From the NCBI RefSeq assembly GCF_009914755.1, contig NC_060943.1: a stretch of 64,000 nt of DNA; one strand, 5' to 3'. The notes below the pieces were generated by a model that ran no database searches, was not told where the DNA came from, and worked only from the letters and a program-made list of their open reading frames with translations. The stretch is from the human T2T-CHM13v2.0 reference genome, Homo sapiens. The position numbers and the translations under genes were made by a program. Each line of letters begins with the position of its first letter. The first letter of the stretch is position 1. This document shows, piece after piece, positions 1 to 25,959 of this stretch.

Positions 1-13
1 CCATGCCCAGCTA

Positions 14-765
14 CAGTTCTTTAAATGTTTGGTAGAATTTGTAACTGAAATCATTAGATCCAGAGCTTTTTTTCAATGGAAAACTTTTTATTAATTCAAG
101 CTTGTTGCTCATTATTGGTCTGTTCAGGTTTTCTAATTCTTCATAATATTGGCTGGTTATATGTGTCCAGGAATTTATCCATTTCTTCTAAGTTTTCCAT
201 ATAGTTGTTCATAATAGTCTCTAATGATCCTTTGTAGTTCTGTGATACCAATTGTGATGTCTCCTTTGTCATTTTTTTTTTTTTTTGAGACAGTCTCACT
301 CTTGTTGCCCAGGCTGGAGTACAATGGTGCGATCTCAGCTCACTGCAACCTCCGCCTCCCAGTTCAAGTGATTCTCCTGTCTCAGCCTCCCGAGTAGCTG
401 GGATTACAGGTGCCCACCACCATGCCCAGCCAATATTTGTATTATTAGTAGAGACAGGGTTTCACCCTATTGGCCAGGCTGGTCTTGAACTCCTGACCTC
501 AGGTGATCCACCCACCTCAGCCTCCCGAAGTGCTGAGATTACAGGCGTGAGCCACTGCACCCGGCCTTTGATCTATTTGAATCATCTCTCTTTCATACTT
601 AGTCTAGCTAAAGGTTTGTTGATTTTGTTTATCTTTTCAGAAACCAACTCTTTGTTTCGTTGATCTTTTGTATTTAATTCTCTAATTTATTTCTGCTCTG
701 ATCTTTATTTTTTTTTCCTTTACTAACTTGGGGTTTCATTTGTTCTCATTTTTCCAGATTTTTAG
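14..765 (-). mobile_element. L1 ORF2 fragment (interrupted by Alu 272-566)
   Basis: Antisense L1 ORF2-like sequence, e.g. TTTATTTCTGCTCTGATCTTTATT. Confidence 0.75.
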
Positions 766-2480
<1,715 letters not shown>

Positions 2481-2504
2481 ATTTGAACAATTAGTAAACC
2501 TGAC

Positions 2505-2765
2505 TGACTGTGGCCTGTTAGGAACCAGCCAAACAGCAGGAGTTGAGTGGAAGGCAAGCAGGGATTATTGCCTGAACTCTGTCTCCTGTGAGATCAACGG
2601 CAGCATTAGGTTCTCACAGGAGCTAGAACCCTGCTGTGAACTGTGCATGTGAGGGATTTAGGTTGCACGCTCCTTATGAGAATGGAATGTGTGATGATCT
2701 GAGGTGGAACAGTTTCATCCTGAAACCACCCCCCACACTAGTGCCAAAAAGATTGGGGACCACTG
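2505..2765. mobile_element. MER1B-like hAT-Charlie element
   Basis: GGCCTGTTAGGAACC...GATGATCTGAGGTGGAACAGTTTCATCC...GGGGACCACTG matches the recalled MER1B consensus. Confidence 0.75.
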
Positions 2766-3486
2766 AATAAATTGCTTCTGTAATTAGTAACTTTGCTCCA
2801 AAGCAAACTTCTGGTGAAGATGACTTCACTGAATCGTGTCAGACATTTAAGAAGTAAATGCTGTCAGTTTGGTGTAAAATCTTCCAGAATAGAAAAAGTG
2901 GCAAGACGAGTATAACTTGAGTACCTAGTCTAGCAAGGGAATTATGATAAAATCACACACCAATGTCATTCATAAACCTTGATGCAAAGGTCCCAAAAAA
3001 TAACCAGCAAATGAAATCCATCAATACATGAAAACTATATATCACAAATGATTTTGCTTAAAAGAAAATCAGTGATAACATAATAAGGATACAGATCATA
3101 TGACCATCTCAATTTGTAGAATATTTGATGAAACCCAATAACCATTCATTTATTAACAAAAGTAGCTGGGCATGGTGGCTCGTGCTGTGATCCCAGGACA
3201 GGACTTTGGGAGGATGAGGCAGGAGGACTGCCTGAGGCCAAGAGTTTGAGATAAGCCCTTGCAACACAGCGAGATCCCTTCTCTACAAAATAAAAAATAA
3301 GATAAAAGCCAACCTCTTAGCAAATTAGAGTAGAAAAGAACATCTTTAATTTCATAGGAGGTATTTATAAAAAAAGCATAAAGTAAACATTATACTTGAT
3401 AAAACATTGAAGGGTTTTCCTTCAAAGTCAGGAATAAGACAAGGATGTCTGCCACCATCCCTTCTAGTCAAATTGAATTTAAAGTT

Positions 3487-3921
3487 TGTGTAGACTGATG
3501 GCCTTCATGGTACCAAGTCTTCAATTTTTCCTATATCCACCCCCTCTGCAATGTGATTCTACAGTTTGTCTAAGATCATATCTACTCTCCTGCTCCTTGA
3601 ACCTGGGCTTGTATGCCGATTCAGCGCCTGTGCTGCAAGAGACCTTACTTGTTACTGCTTATTCTCTAACTCTTCCGCCATCGCTATGAGGACATGTCTG
3701 GGCTAATCTGCTGGAAACTGAAATATATATTAGAGCTGAATCACTCCAGTGGTACTAGCTCAAGCTAGTCTAGATTAGCCAAGAGGCAGCCCATTCCCTT
3801 TTATATTAGCTGAGCCCAAAATAATGACTCATAAGCTGTAATAAAAAATTCTTGTTTTAAGTCACTGAAGTTTGAGGTGGTTTGTTATGCAGCATTATGG
3901 TGGCAATGAGTCATTGACACA
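3487..3921 (+). mobile_element. Old MLT1-class MaLR solo LTR
   Basis: TG...CA ends and the MLT1 3' signature TTTAAGTCACTGAAGTTTGAGGTGGTTTGTTATGCAGCA. Confidence 0.65.
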
Positions 3922-4301
3922 AGGTACGATAAAATGAAAAAAATGGTTTAGAAAAGAAGAAATAAAACTATTATTTATGGATATGATTCTGTATATAAAA
4001 AGGAAAAAAATCACCGGGCGCAATGGCTCATGCCTGTAATCCCAGCATTTTGGGAGGCCTAGGTGGTCAGATCACCTGAGGTCAGGAGTTCGAGACCAGC
4101 CTGGCCAACATGGTGAAACCCCATCTCTACTAAAAATACAAAACTAGCCAGGCATGGTGGCGTATGCCTGTAGTCCCAGCTACTCGAGAGGCTGAGGCAG
4201 AAGAATCACTGAACCCAGAAGGTGGAGGTTGCAGTCTGCGAGATCATGCCATTGCACTCCAGCCTGGTCAACAAGAGCAAAACTCTGTCTCAAAAAAAAA
4301 A

Positions 4302-5975
<1,674 letters not shown>

Positions 5976-6399
5976 CTATCTCCTTTTTATTATAAAATAC
6001 ACATATTCCAAAAAGTGTACAAAACTGAAATGTTCACCTGAATGATTTATTGTAAAGCAAATGCCCCAACCATCCTAGCCAAGATTGAAATCTGAGTATC
6101 AGGAAACAATATTTAAGATTAAAAGTACCGAGCACATTAGAGACGTATGGTACATGCTCAACACGCAAAGAAAAAAATAACAGCCACAAGCCTATATGTA
6201 CCAAACAACTGGAGAGCTAAATATTTAAGGCAAAACACGTATAAAACCAAAAAGAAATTGATCAAAATATAACTACGATGGCAATTATCATACAACTTTT
6301 TCAGAACTCACAGATCTAATAGAGAAAAAAAAGGACATAGAGAAATTGAATAATGCAAACAAATACGATTTAATAGATACTTAGTCATATTAGAAATGA

Positions 6400-7901
<1,502 letters not shown>

Positions 7902-8034
7902 AGAAATGAACAATTTTAAAAGAGAAAATAACCTTAATGACTTGGAAATTAAGAAATATGCTTCTGTGGTGAGAGGGTCATTTGAGCTCAGGCGTTCAAG
8001 ACCAGCCTAGGCAACACAGCAAGACACCCATCTC

Positions 8035-8051
8035 ATATCTATATATCTATC

Positions 8052-8085
<34 letters not shown>

Positions 8086-8198
8086 TACATACACACACAC
8101 TTCCAGATAATCCTTGGATTAAAAAGAAGCTAAGTAGAAAATTACAAAGTTTCCAGGTAGCATAAAAGTGTGTGTGTATATATATTTCCAGATAATCC

Positions 8199-8233
<35 letters not shown>

Positions 8234-8305
8234 ACACACACACTTCCAGATAATCCTTGGATTAAAAAGAAGTAGAAAATTACAAAGTTTCTAGGTAGCA
8301 TAAAA
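8035..8305. repeat. (TA)n/(CA)n microsatellites with a duplicated unit of about 65 bp
   Basis: TTCCAGATAATCCTTGGATTAAAAAGAAG...GGTAGCATAAAA at 8101-8167 and 8244-8305, with a partial copy near 8186. Confidence 0.9.
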
Positions 8306-8922
8306 AGGAGATTTCATATCAAAACCTTTGACATACAGCAAAAATTACACTTTACTGAAGACTAAAGATGATGAATAAAGGAACTTAATACTCCCCTTAA
8401 GAAATCAGAATAGGCTGGGCGCAGTGGCTCACGCCTGTAATCCTAGCACTTCGGGAGGCTGAGACAGGTGGATCACTTGAGGTCAGGAGTTTGAGAAATC
8501 AGAAGAATAAAGACAAAACAAACTAGAAATTGTAATTATAAAGTTGACATTAATAAGATAGAAAATAAAGTAAAAATGCTAAGTAAATCCAAATGCCACT
8601 TGTGAATCTGATTGAGAAAAAGATAAATAAAAATAACAAAATGTAAAAAATGAGAAAAGAGACACAGCCATCAAATTTAGAATTTTAAGGACATATGCTA
8701 TATGAAATCCTAGGTCAACAAATCTGAAACCTTAGAGGAAACTGAAAGTGTCTGGCAAATGTAAATTACTAAAAATAATCCAAGAATTTTGGGGAAAATT
8801 AATGGAAAGGGTTGGAAAGATGAGTAGAGATTTACTGCACAAATGGGCTCTGGGACCAGATGGGTTCAGAGATGAGTTCGATTTAACCTTTAAAAAGCAG
8901 ATGGTTCTAATGTCAATTACAC

Positions 8923-9412
<490 letters not shown>

Positions 9413-9699
9413 CTTAGGATCACAGAAAAAATAAAGAGCGCCTCAATTTACTTTCTGAAGCTAGCATAACTTTAATGCCAAAATTTATAAACAGTAGAAA
9501 AAAACCCCTCATTTACAAAGACGAGATGAACAAGCTAAATATTAGCAAGTAGAATCTAGAATATATCAAAAGGATAATACATTACACCTAAGTAGAATTG
9601 ATCCCACAAGGAGAGTTCAATATTTAAAATTCTATCAACAAGTCCACTAAATGCTAAAAAGCCATTTGGCAAAATGCGGCAGTTCTATGAATATACTAA

Positions 9700-9915
<216 letters not shown>

Positions 9916-10099
9916 TGACCAGGGTGGACTAGAATTCCTGACCTCAAGTGATCCACCCACCTCGGCCTCCCGAAGTGCTGTGATTACAGGAATGAGCCGC
10001 CATGCCTGGCCGAATTGTAAATTTTAAATAGGTTGATTGTGTGGTATATGAATCACATTTCAATAAAGCTGTCACAGAAGACTATCTTAGGCCTCTGGA

Positions 10100-16980
<6,881 letters not shown>

Positions 16981-17007
16981 CGTCCCGCATGTCAGGGATG
17001 CAAATTA

Positions 17008-17706
<699 letters not shown>

Positions 17707-18828
17707 AACACACTAAGAGGGAAATAAAATATTTTTTCTTTCTTTCTTTGAGATGGTAAGCCCCTACTTTTCAATCCCCCTCTCCCAAGTTCCACCTCCA
17801 AAACTGGACCGGGGATGGTGGGGAGGTAGGTGGGAGGGGCCTTGAGGCAGAAGGGAGGATGAGTGCCCTGGTTCCCAAAAGGGAGGAGGTTGAAGACCCA
17901 GACTATTTGATGAGAAGGAGGAGCCCACCGCCTTCTCTCTCCCATCCCCACATTACCCGATTCAATAGTGCAAGTCTTCAAGCAGATAGAGCATTTGGAA
18001 TTTGGGGGGTGGATGGGCTGGCCTAATAGGGCACAGGAGCCAATGGGTGATGACACAGAGGTGCACGCCCCTCCAGCCCTCCTATCTTCAAGCTTGAAGA
18101 GCCAGACTTCAGAGGTCTGGAAACTTCAGATGCCTCTGCTCTTTCCTTTCTGCAGATCCACCTCTTGAGTCCTGCCTGCCAATGGTTGGGGGTGTCTTCT
18201 TTTCCTTTATCACTGAAACTTACCCGTGGGCTCTAAGCAATCTAAAAGCCTGAGATCTCTGAGCATTTAAGGGAAACCCATTCCCTGGATCTTTGGGAAT
18301 CCCAATCACCTCTGTCCACAGCCCCCATCCCCAGCAGGTAACTGACAGGCCCCCCAGTCTCCTTTTGGGGAGTACTTCAGCACCCTCATGGCACTACCCT
18401 CCCACAAGTTCTTAAAGACCCACTCAGTGATCATCCACTGGGCAAGTTCAGTTGATTTGACCCTGGGATAAAAACCAGTGGTGCCCAGTACTGAGCAGAA
18501 ATGGGACTCTTGGTGAGCTCAGTGAAACAGCTTGTTAGTAACTGGTTGTGGCACTGATTTACAGATGTACTCAGTCCACAACACAATGTTCAAACCTTGA
18601 GTGCAACCTCTTTTTAGAAATAATTTTAGACCTATAATAGGATTATCATGTATCAGTAGCAAGCACATTAATATCTTCCCCATCTTTGTTGAAGTCACCA
18701 TTTCCCAGGTTTCCCTTGGCTAAAGGCCAGCCCGTGGATAATGCAAGCCTAGTAATCTAGTATCTGAGTTTGCCAGAGCAAGGGGAGGGCAGGAACTCAG
18801 GGCTGGACATTTGGCTTTAGAAAGACTG

Positions 18829-21094
18829 TGATATGGTTTGGCTGTGTCCCCATTTAAATCTCAACTTCAGTTGTATCTTCCAGAATTCCCATGTGTTGTG
18901 GGAGGAACCCAGGGGGAGGTAATTGAATCATGGGGGCTGGTCTTTTCCATGCTGTCTCATGATAATGAATAAATCTCATGAGATCTGATGGGTCTATCAG
19001 GGATTTCCACTTTTGCTTCATTTTCTCTCTTGCCACCACCATGTAAGAAGTGCCTTTCACCTCCCGCCAGGATTCTGAGGCCTCCCCAGCCATGTGGAAC
19101 TGTAAGTCCAATTAAACCTTTTTGTTCCCAGTTTCAGGTATGTATTTATCAGCAGCATGAAAACTAATACAGTAAACTGGTACCAGTAGAGTGGGGTGTT
19201 GCTGAAAAGATACCCAACAATATGGAAGCAACTTTGGAACTGGGTAACAGGCAGAGGTTGGAACAGTTTGGAGGGCTCAGAAGAAGACAGGAAAATGTGG
19301 GAAAGTTTGGAACCTCCTGAAGACCTACTGAATGGTTTTGACAAAAATGCTGATATGAACAATAAGGTCCAGGCTGAGGTGGTCTCAGATGGAGATGAGG
19401 AACTTGTTGGGTACTGGAGCAAAGATGACTCTTTATTATGTTTTAGCAAAGTGACTAGTGGCATCTTGCCCCTGCCCTAGAGATTTGTGGAACTTTGAAC
19501 TTGAGAGAGATGATTTAGTGTATCTGGCAGAAGAAATTTCTAAGCAGCAAAGTATTCAGAAGGTGACTTGCGTGCTGTTAAAAGCATTCCGTTTTAAAAG
19601 GGAAACAGCATAAAAGTTCAGAAAATTTGCAGCCTGATGATGCAGTGGAAAAGAAAAATCCATTTTTGAGGAGAAATTCAAGCCAGCTGCAGAAATTTGC
19701 ATGAGTAGCAAGGAGCCTAATGTTAATCCCTTAGACCATGGGGAAAATGTCTCCAGGCCATATCAGAGACATTCATGGCAGCCCCTCCCATCACAGGCCC
19801 AGAGGCCCAGGAGGAAAAAGTGGTTTTGTGGGCCAGGCCCAGGGTCCCCATGCAGTGTGCAGCCTAGGGACTTGGTGCCCTGTGTCCCAGCCACTCCAGC
19901 CATGGCTGAAAGGGGCCAACGTACAGCTCGGGCTGTGGCTTCAGAGAGTAGAAGCCCCAAGCCTTGGCAGCTTCCACGTGATGTTGAGCCTGCGGGTGCA
20001 CAGAAGTCAAGAATTGAGGTTTGGGAACCTCCGCCTAGATCTCAGAAGATATATGGAAATGCATGGATGTCCAGGCAAAAGTTTTCTGTAGGGGCAGAGC
20101 CCTCATGCAGAACCTCTGCCAGGGAGGGAAATGCAGAAGGGAAACGTGGGGTCAGAGCCCTCACACAGAGTCAGAGTCCCTACTGGGGCACTGCCTAGTG
20201 GAGCTGTGAGAAGAGGGCCACTGTCCTCCAGACCCCAGAATGGTAGAACCACTGACAGCTTGCACCCTGAGCTTGGAAAAGCCACACTCAACACCAGCCC
20301 GTGAAAGCAGCTGGAAGGGGGACTGTACCCTGCAAAGCCACGAGGTGGAGCTGCCTAAGACCATGGGAACCCACCTTTTGCATCAGCATGACCTGGATGT
20401 GAGATCTGGAGTCAAAGGAGATCATTATGGAGCTTTAAAATTTGACTCCCCTGCTAGATTTTGGACTTGCATGGGCCCTGTAACCCCTTTGTTTTGGCCA
20501 ATTTCTCTCATTTGGAATGGCTGTATTTACCTGATACCAGTACCCCCATTGTATCTAGGAAGTAACTAGCTTGTTTTTGATTTTACAGGCTCATAGGTGG
20601 AAGGGACTTGCCTTGTCTCAGATGACACTCTGGACTTTTGGATTAATGCTGAAATGAGTTGAGACATTGGGGGACTGTTGGGAAGGCATGATTGCTTTTG
20701 AAATGTGAGGACATGAGATTTGGAGGGGCCAGGGGCAGAATGATATGGTTTCACTGTGTCTCCATTTAAATATAAACTTCAATTATATCTCCCAGAATTC
20801 CCACGTGTTATGGGAGGGAACCAGGGGAGGTAATTGAATCATGGGGGCTGGTCTTTTCCATCCTAATCTCGTGATAGTGAATAAGTCTCATGAGATCTAA
20901 TGGGTTTATCAGGGGTTTCCACTTTTGCTTCTTCCTCATTTTTTTCTCTTGCTGCCATCATGTAAGAAATGCCTTTCACCTCCCACCATGATTGAGGCCT
21001 CCCCAACCATGTGGAACTGTAAGTCCAGTTAAACCTCTTTTTGTTCCCAGTTTCAGGTATGTCTTTATTAGCAGTGTGAAAATGAACTAATACA
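18829..21094 (+). mobile_element. Full-length THE1A MaLR (5' LTR 18829-19171, internal region, 3' LTR 20741-21094)
   Basis: Two TGATATGG...TAATACA LTRs; 5-bp TSD GACTG at 18824-18828 and 21095-21099; THE1-int-like ORF fragments at 19196-20569. Confidence 0.93.
21064..21069 (-). terminator. Distal AATAAA poly(A) signal candidate inside the antisense THE1A 3' LTR
   Basis: TTTATT on the + strand, about 460 nt past the stop; the 5' LTR has TTTATC at the equivalent position. Confidence 0.55.
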
Positions 21095-21190
21095 GACTGG
21101 AAGCCTTGTGACAGGAAAACTGAACATCTGAGACATCTATAGGAAAAAAAGATCTGCTTACATCCAGTCCTTGGAGTTCCAGTAGACTGA

Positions 21191-21196
21191 TTTATT
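21191..21196 (-). terminator. Proximal AATAAA poly(A) signal candidate of SLC6A16
   Basis: TTTATT on the + strand, about 330 nt past the stop codon, in unique sequence. Confidence 0.55.
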
Positions 21197-21528
21197 CACC
21201 AACAGCATTGCTCCTCCAGCTCCATTCCAGGAGACAGGCACCCCAGAAGTAGCAGGACTGGTAGACATCACTAGTATTGTATATGTGTTGTGCATGTATG
21301 TGTGTTGAGGAAGAGGATGGGGAAAACAATGATGGTGGTCACCAGGTAAGATGGGACCCAGGAAGGGATTGCAAGTCCAGGCCCCATGAACACCCCCAAA
21401 GAATGCCCCTCCTCTTGGAAATAAAAGTGGTTCTGGATCCAGGGAGATCAACAGTTGCAAGCTGATATTAAGAGTTGTCTATTGGATCTGTTCTAAGGGA
21501 TATGTTATGTGAAGCCAAATTAATGAAG

Positions 21529-21798
21529 TTAGGAAGTCACATTACAAGTTGATGGGTACTTTGTTTCATCAACTTGTAGAATTTCTTCCTTTTGAACCTC
21601 TTTACTGGGTGTTAGCTGGTGACTTAGGGGTAGGGATGTGGAGGCTGTCATAGGCCCGTCTCCGCTCTTGGGCCTGAAGGGAATCCTATGTATGCGGCAG
21701 TATACAAAGTATGCAGGGATGGGGAGGATGACAATGGCAAAAAGGGTGATCATCAAGAGCAGTGCCCACGGTGGGTATGGTCGAAGCACCTCTTTTGA
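21529..21798 (-). CDS. SLC6A16: SLC6A16 exon 12 coding part (TM12, C-terminus, TAA)
   Basis: acAG|TCA; SKEVLRPYPPWALLLMITLFAIVILPIPAY...CNVTS*; 270 nt; closes the frame at 736 aa. Confidence 0.96.
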   Translation of the reverse strand, partial: SKEVLRPYPPWALLLMITLFAIVILPIPAYFVYCRIHRIPFRPKSGDGPMTASTSLPLSHQLTPSKEVQKEEILQVDETKYPSTCNVTS

Positions 21799-22010
21799 CT
21801 GTGGAGAGATGGGAAAAGGGTTCAGAATATCAAAATCCCCAAGAGAAAAGGAAGAGTTGTGGAGGGGAAGGATGGGTGGGGAACCAAAGCAGAAAACCCA
21901 TGAGTCTTCGGGCAGTAAGAGAATGAGATGACTGGGTTCTTTCACCCAGAGTGAATTGAAAGGTCTGGCCCCTACTCCCAAAGGGGTTCTGGGTCCTGGG
22001 GGAGGCTCAC

Positions 22011-22173
22011 GGTGCTTGAGTCCCAGGACATGTAGGTGATCGGCTTCATACAAAGATGAACCATCATGGTCACAAAGATGATTAGCAGCACAACTGGACA
22101 CAGATGGGGCCACAGCCAACCAAAGATGGGAGAGATGGGGTGGCCCAACAGGATCGTCAGGTCTGCAAGGAAC
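22011..22173 (-). CDS. SLC6A16: SLC6A16 exon 11
   Basis: acAG|G TTC...ACC|GTGAGC; [26 protein letters not shown]...WDSST (TM11); 163 nt. Confidence 0.95.
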
Positions 22174-22469
22174 CTGTAGAAGGGCCACCAGAGTGTGGGA
22201 TGCCCAGTTAGGCCTCACCACCTTGGAGGCAGGGCCAGCCCAACCTTGGCATCTTTCAAACATTCTATTGTATCTCTAATCTCCTGTTTCATCTCAAGTC
22301 TTGTCCTCTCTCATCTTCCCCCTAGTCAGTCTGTCTTCTATCCTAACCCAAGAAACTTTTCCAAACACCCCTCTCCTGCTCAAGAACTTTCCATGGGTAT
22401 CCAATGGCCTCAGGAGAAAGGCCAAGTCTCTTTCATTCATCCCATAAATATGAGAATGTCTATGATGTG

Positions 22470-23335
22470 CCAGGAACTCTTCTAAGTGCTGGATATCCAG
22501 CAGTGAACAACACAGATAAAATAAAGTGGCATTTGGCCCTTGGTGAACTTATCTAGTTTATTTCAGCCACCTATCCAGTCTCCTTTAGTACATATTCTCA
22601 ATCTCAATAAATATACAAGTGGGGTCTTTTGGTCTAGGGTGCCCATCACCCTATCTCCACCTATTCATCTGTCCAGGCTCTGCTCAAGCATCCTCTTCTC
22701 TAGGCCACCTTCCCTAACTCTCCAGTCTTCCTTAACTAACCATCTATGCCCCCGGAGTTTCCCTGGCTACCTCTACTATAGACTTACCACCGGGTACTGG
22801 GATTTTCTGCTTATATACGTCTTTCTCTTTGGACTCTGAGCTCTTTGAGAAGAGTATCTCAATGTAAGTCATTCATATCCCAGTACCACAAGGCTTTCCT
22901 GACACAAAGTCTCAAGAAAATGTTTGTTGGGTGAGTTAATAAATGAGTCCATAAGTGAGCAAACTGACTCCAAGAACCACTATCAGATGAAAATGCTGAG
23001 GCTTTCACCCCTGAATTATACCAGGAACTCTTCTAAGTGCTGGATATCCAGCACTGAACACAGATAAAAGAAAGTGGCATTTGGCCCTTGGGAAACTTAT
23101 CTAGTTTATTTCAGCCAACTATCCAGTCTCCTTTAGTACATATTCTCAATCTCAATAAATATACAAGTGGGGTCTCTTGGTCTAGGGTGCCCATCACCCT
23201 ATCTCCACCTATTCATCTGTCCAGGCTCTGCTCAAGCATCCTCTCCTCTAGGCCACCTTCCCCAACTCTCCAGTCTTCCTTAACTAACCATCTGTGCCCC
23301 CGGAGTTGCCCTGGCTACCTCTACTATAGACTTAC
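22470..23335. repeat. Direct local duplication of about 316 bp (22470-22787 and 23021-23335) in intron 10
   Basis: About 10 substitutions and one 3-nt indel between copies; the ORF track shows twin peptides at 22540 and 23088. Confidence 0.95.
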
Positions 23336-23339
23336 ATTC

Positions 23340-24492
<1,153 letters not shown>

Positions 24493-24628
24493 AAAAAGAT
24501 TTCCCAGAAGACTCTGAACTTAAGGGTCCCTATGTCACACTAGGTGGGTTGACAGTAGAGGCAACAAAAAAGGGGTCACCCTTCCCTATAGTCCCATGCT
24601 TTGTGAGAACCTGGGCTTAGGACATCAC

Positions 24629-24788
24629 CTCCTGGCCCCATAGGCCCAGGATACAGCCATGGTTTCAAATACGACAACGACGATGATGGGGAAGACTATC
24701 CAGTAGTCACTCAGCAGTCTGATGAAGTAGCTGCCTGAAGGTCGAGTGAAGAAGAGGCCGCACACGAACATGAGCAAAAAGACTCCCA
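24629..24788 (-). CDS. SLC6A16: SLC6A16 exon 10
   Basis: ccAG|TG...GAG|GTGATG; GVFLLMFVCGLFFTRPSGSYF...ETMAVSWAYGARR (TM9-10); 160 nt. Confidence 0.95.
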
Positions 24789-24955
24789 CTGGAGAAAACA
24801 TGAGATCTGGATCAAGGTTAGAAGTCACGGCTGGGTGACAAGGGCTAAGTAGAGGCCATAGACCAGGGCTGGTGGCAGACCCAGTGGTAGCCGGGCGAGG
24901 GGGCTTACATGTGTAATCCAAGCATTTTGGGGAGCCTAAGTGGGCAGATTCCTTA

Positions 24956-25147
<192 letters not shown>

Positions 25148-25232
25148 CTACAGGGACCCTGTCCCAAAAAAAGAGTCCCAGTGGTGTCAGGGGTCAGGGT
25201 CATTGTTAGGAGTAGGGCCTAGGTCAGAGTAC

Positions 25233-25434
25233 CTATGAGCAGCTTTGTATGTTTCCTGAAGAAAGAGAAGGTGTCCTGGAGTGGAGTAATGATGCCCTGC
25301 ATAATCCCTATTGCGCTGCTCAGCCCCATGGCCAGCAACATCAGGAAGAAGATAAAAGACCAGAAGACAGACGGAGGAAGGAAGGACATGGCTTCAACAA
25401 AGGACAGGAATGCAAACTTTGGGCCCTCGCTAGC
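25233..25434 (-). CDS. SLC6A16: SLC6A16 exon 9
   Basis: gcAG|GCT...ATAG|GTACTC; [16 protein letters not shown]...MGLSSAIG (TM8); 202 nt. Confidence 0.95.
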
Positions 25435-25772
25435 CTGCAAAGAGAACAAAGAGGTGTTAAAGTGTCATTGAACTAAACAATAACAAAAAAATATAGACAA
25501 GTATACATTCTATCTTCCCTGGAAAACTCCTGAAAATCCCTGGATCACTGAGAAAATCAGATGTCCAAGCTAACCCCCTGACATGGAAAATCAATCCACC
25601 TAGCATTATCCATGGAAGGCCATTCCGCAAAGTATAGTACTTTGTATTACTGAGAGCCACAGATGATTCTGGTGCTTCCGGGATTTTTGCTGGTGCTAAT
25701 AAAAGCTAAAATTTCTGTTGTGCTAAAGGCTTTCAGGAACTCTAGGCTCCCCCCTCAGCTATGTTTACTGAC

Positions 25773-25959
25773 CTTAAGAAACTGAGTCTCTATGTTGCAC
25801 TCAGTCACCTCGCGGAGAACCATGCTTTTGATGTGCTGGGGAAGGCCACTGAGCCAGGCATTGTAGATGGAGGTTGGGTTGTAAAGCAGGTTGACAGGGG
25901 GCTTGGCATCAGGAGGCAGTTTCCCTAGGTTTATCAGCTTTAAAAGTATTTCAGCATTC
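25773..25959 (-). CDS. SLC6A16: SLC6A16 exon 8
   Basis: ccAG|G AAT...AAG|GTCAGT; NAEILLKLINLG...CNIETQFLK (long extracellular loop 4); 187 nt. Confidence 0.94.

Noticed and set aside
19057-20569. Cluster of 94-165 aa ORFs
   Set aside because: THE1A internal-region remnants, fragmented across frames.
21529-22263. 244-aa minus-strand ORF as a single coding exon
   Set aside because: Only 21529-21798 is the true frame. The rest reads through intron 11 and crosses exon 11 in a different frame.
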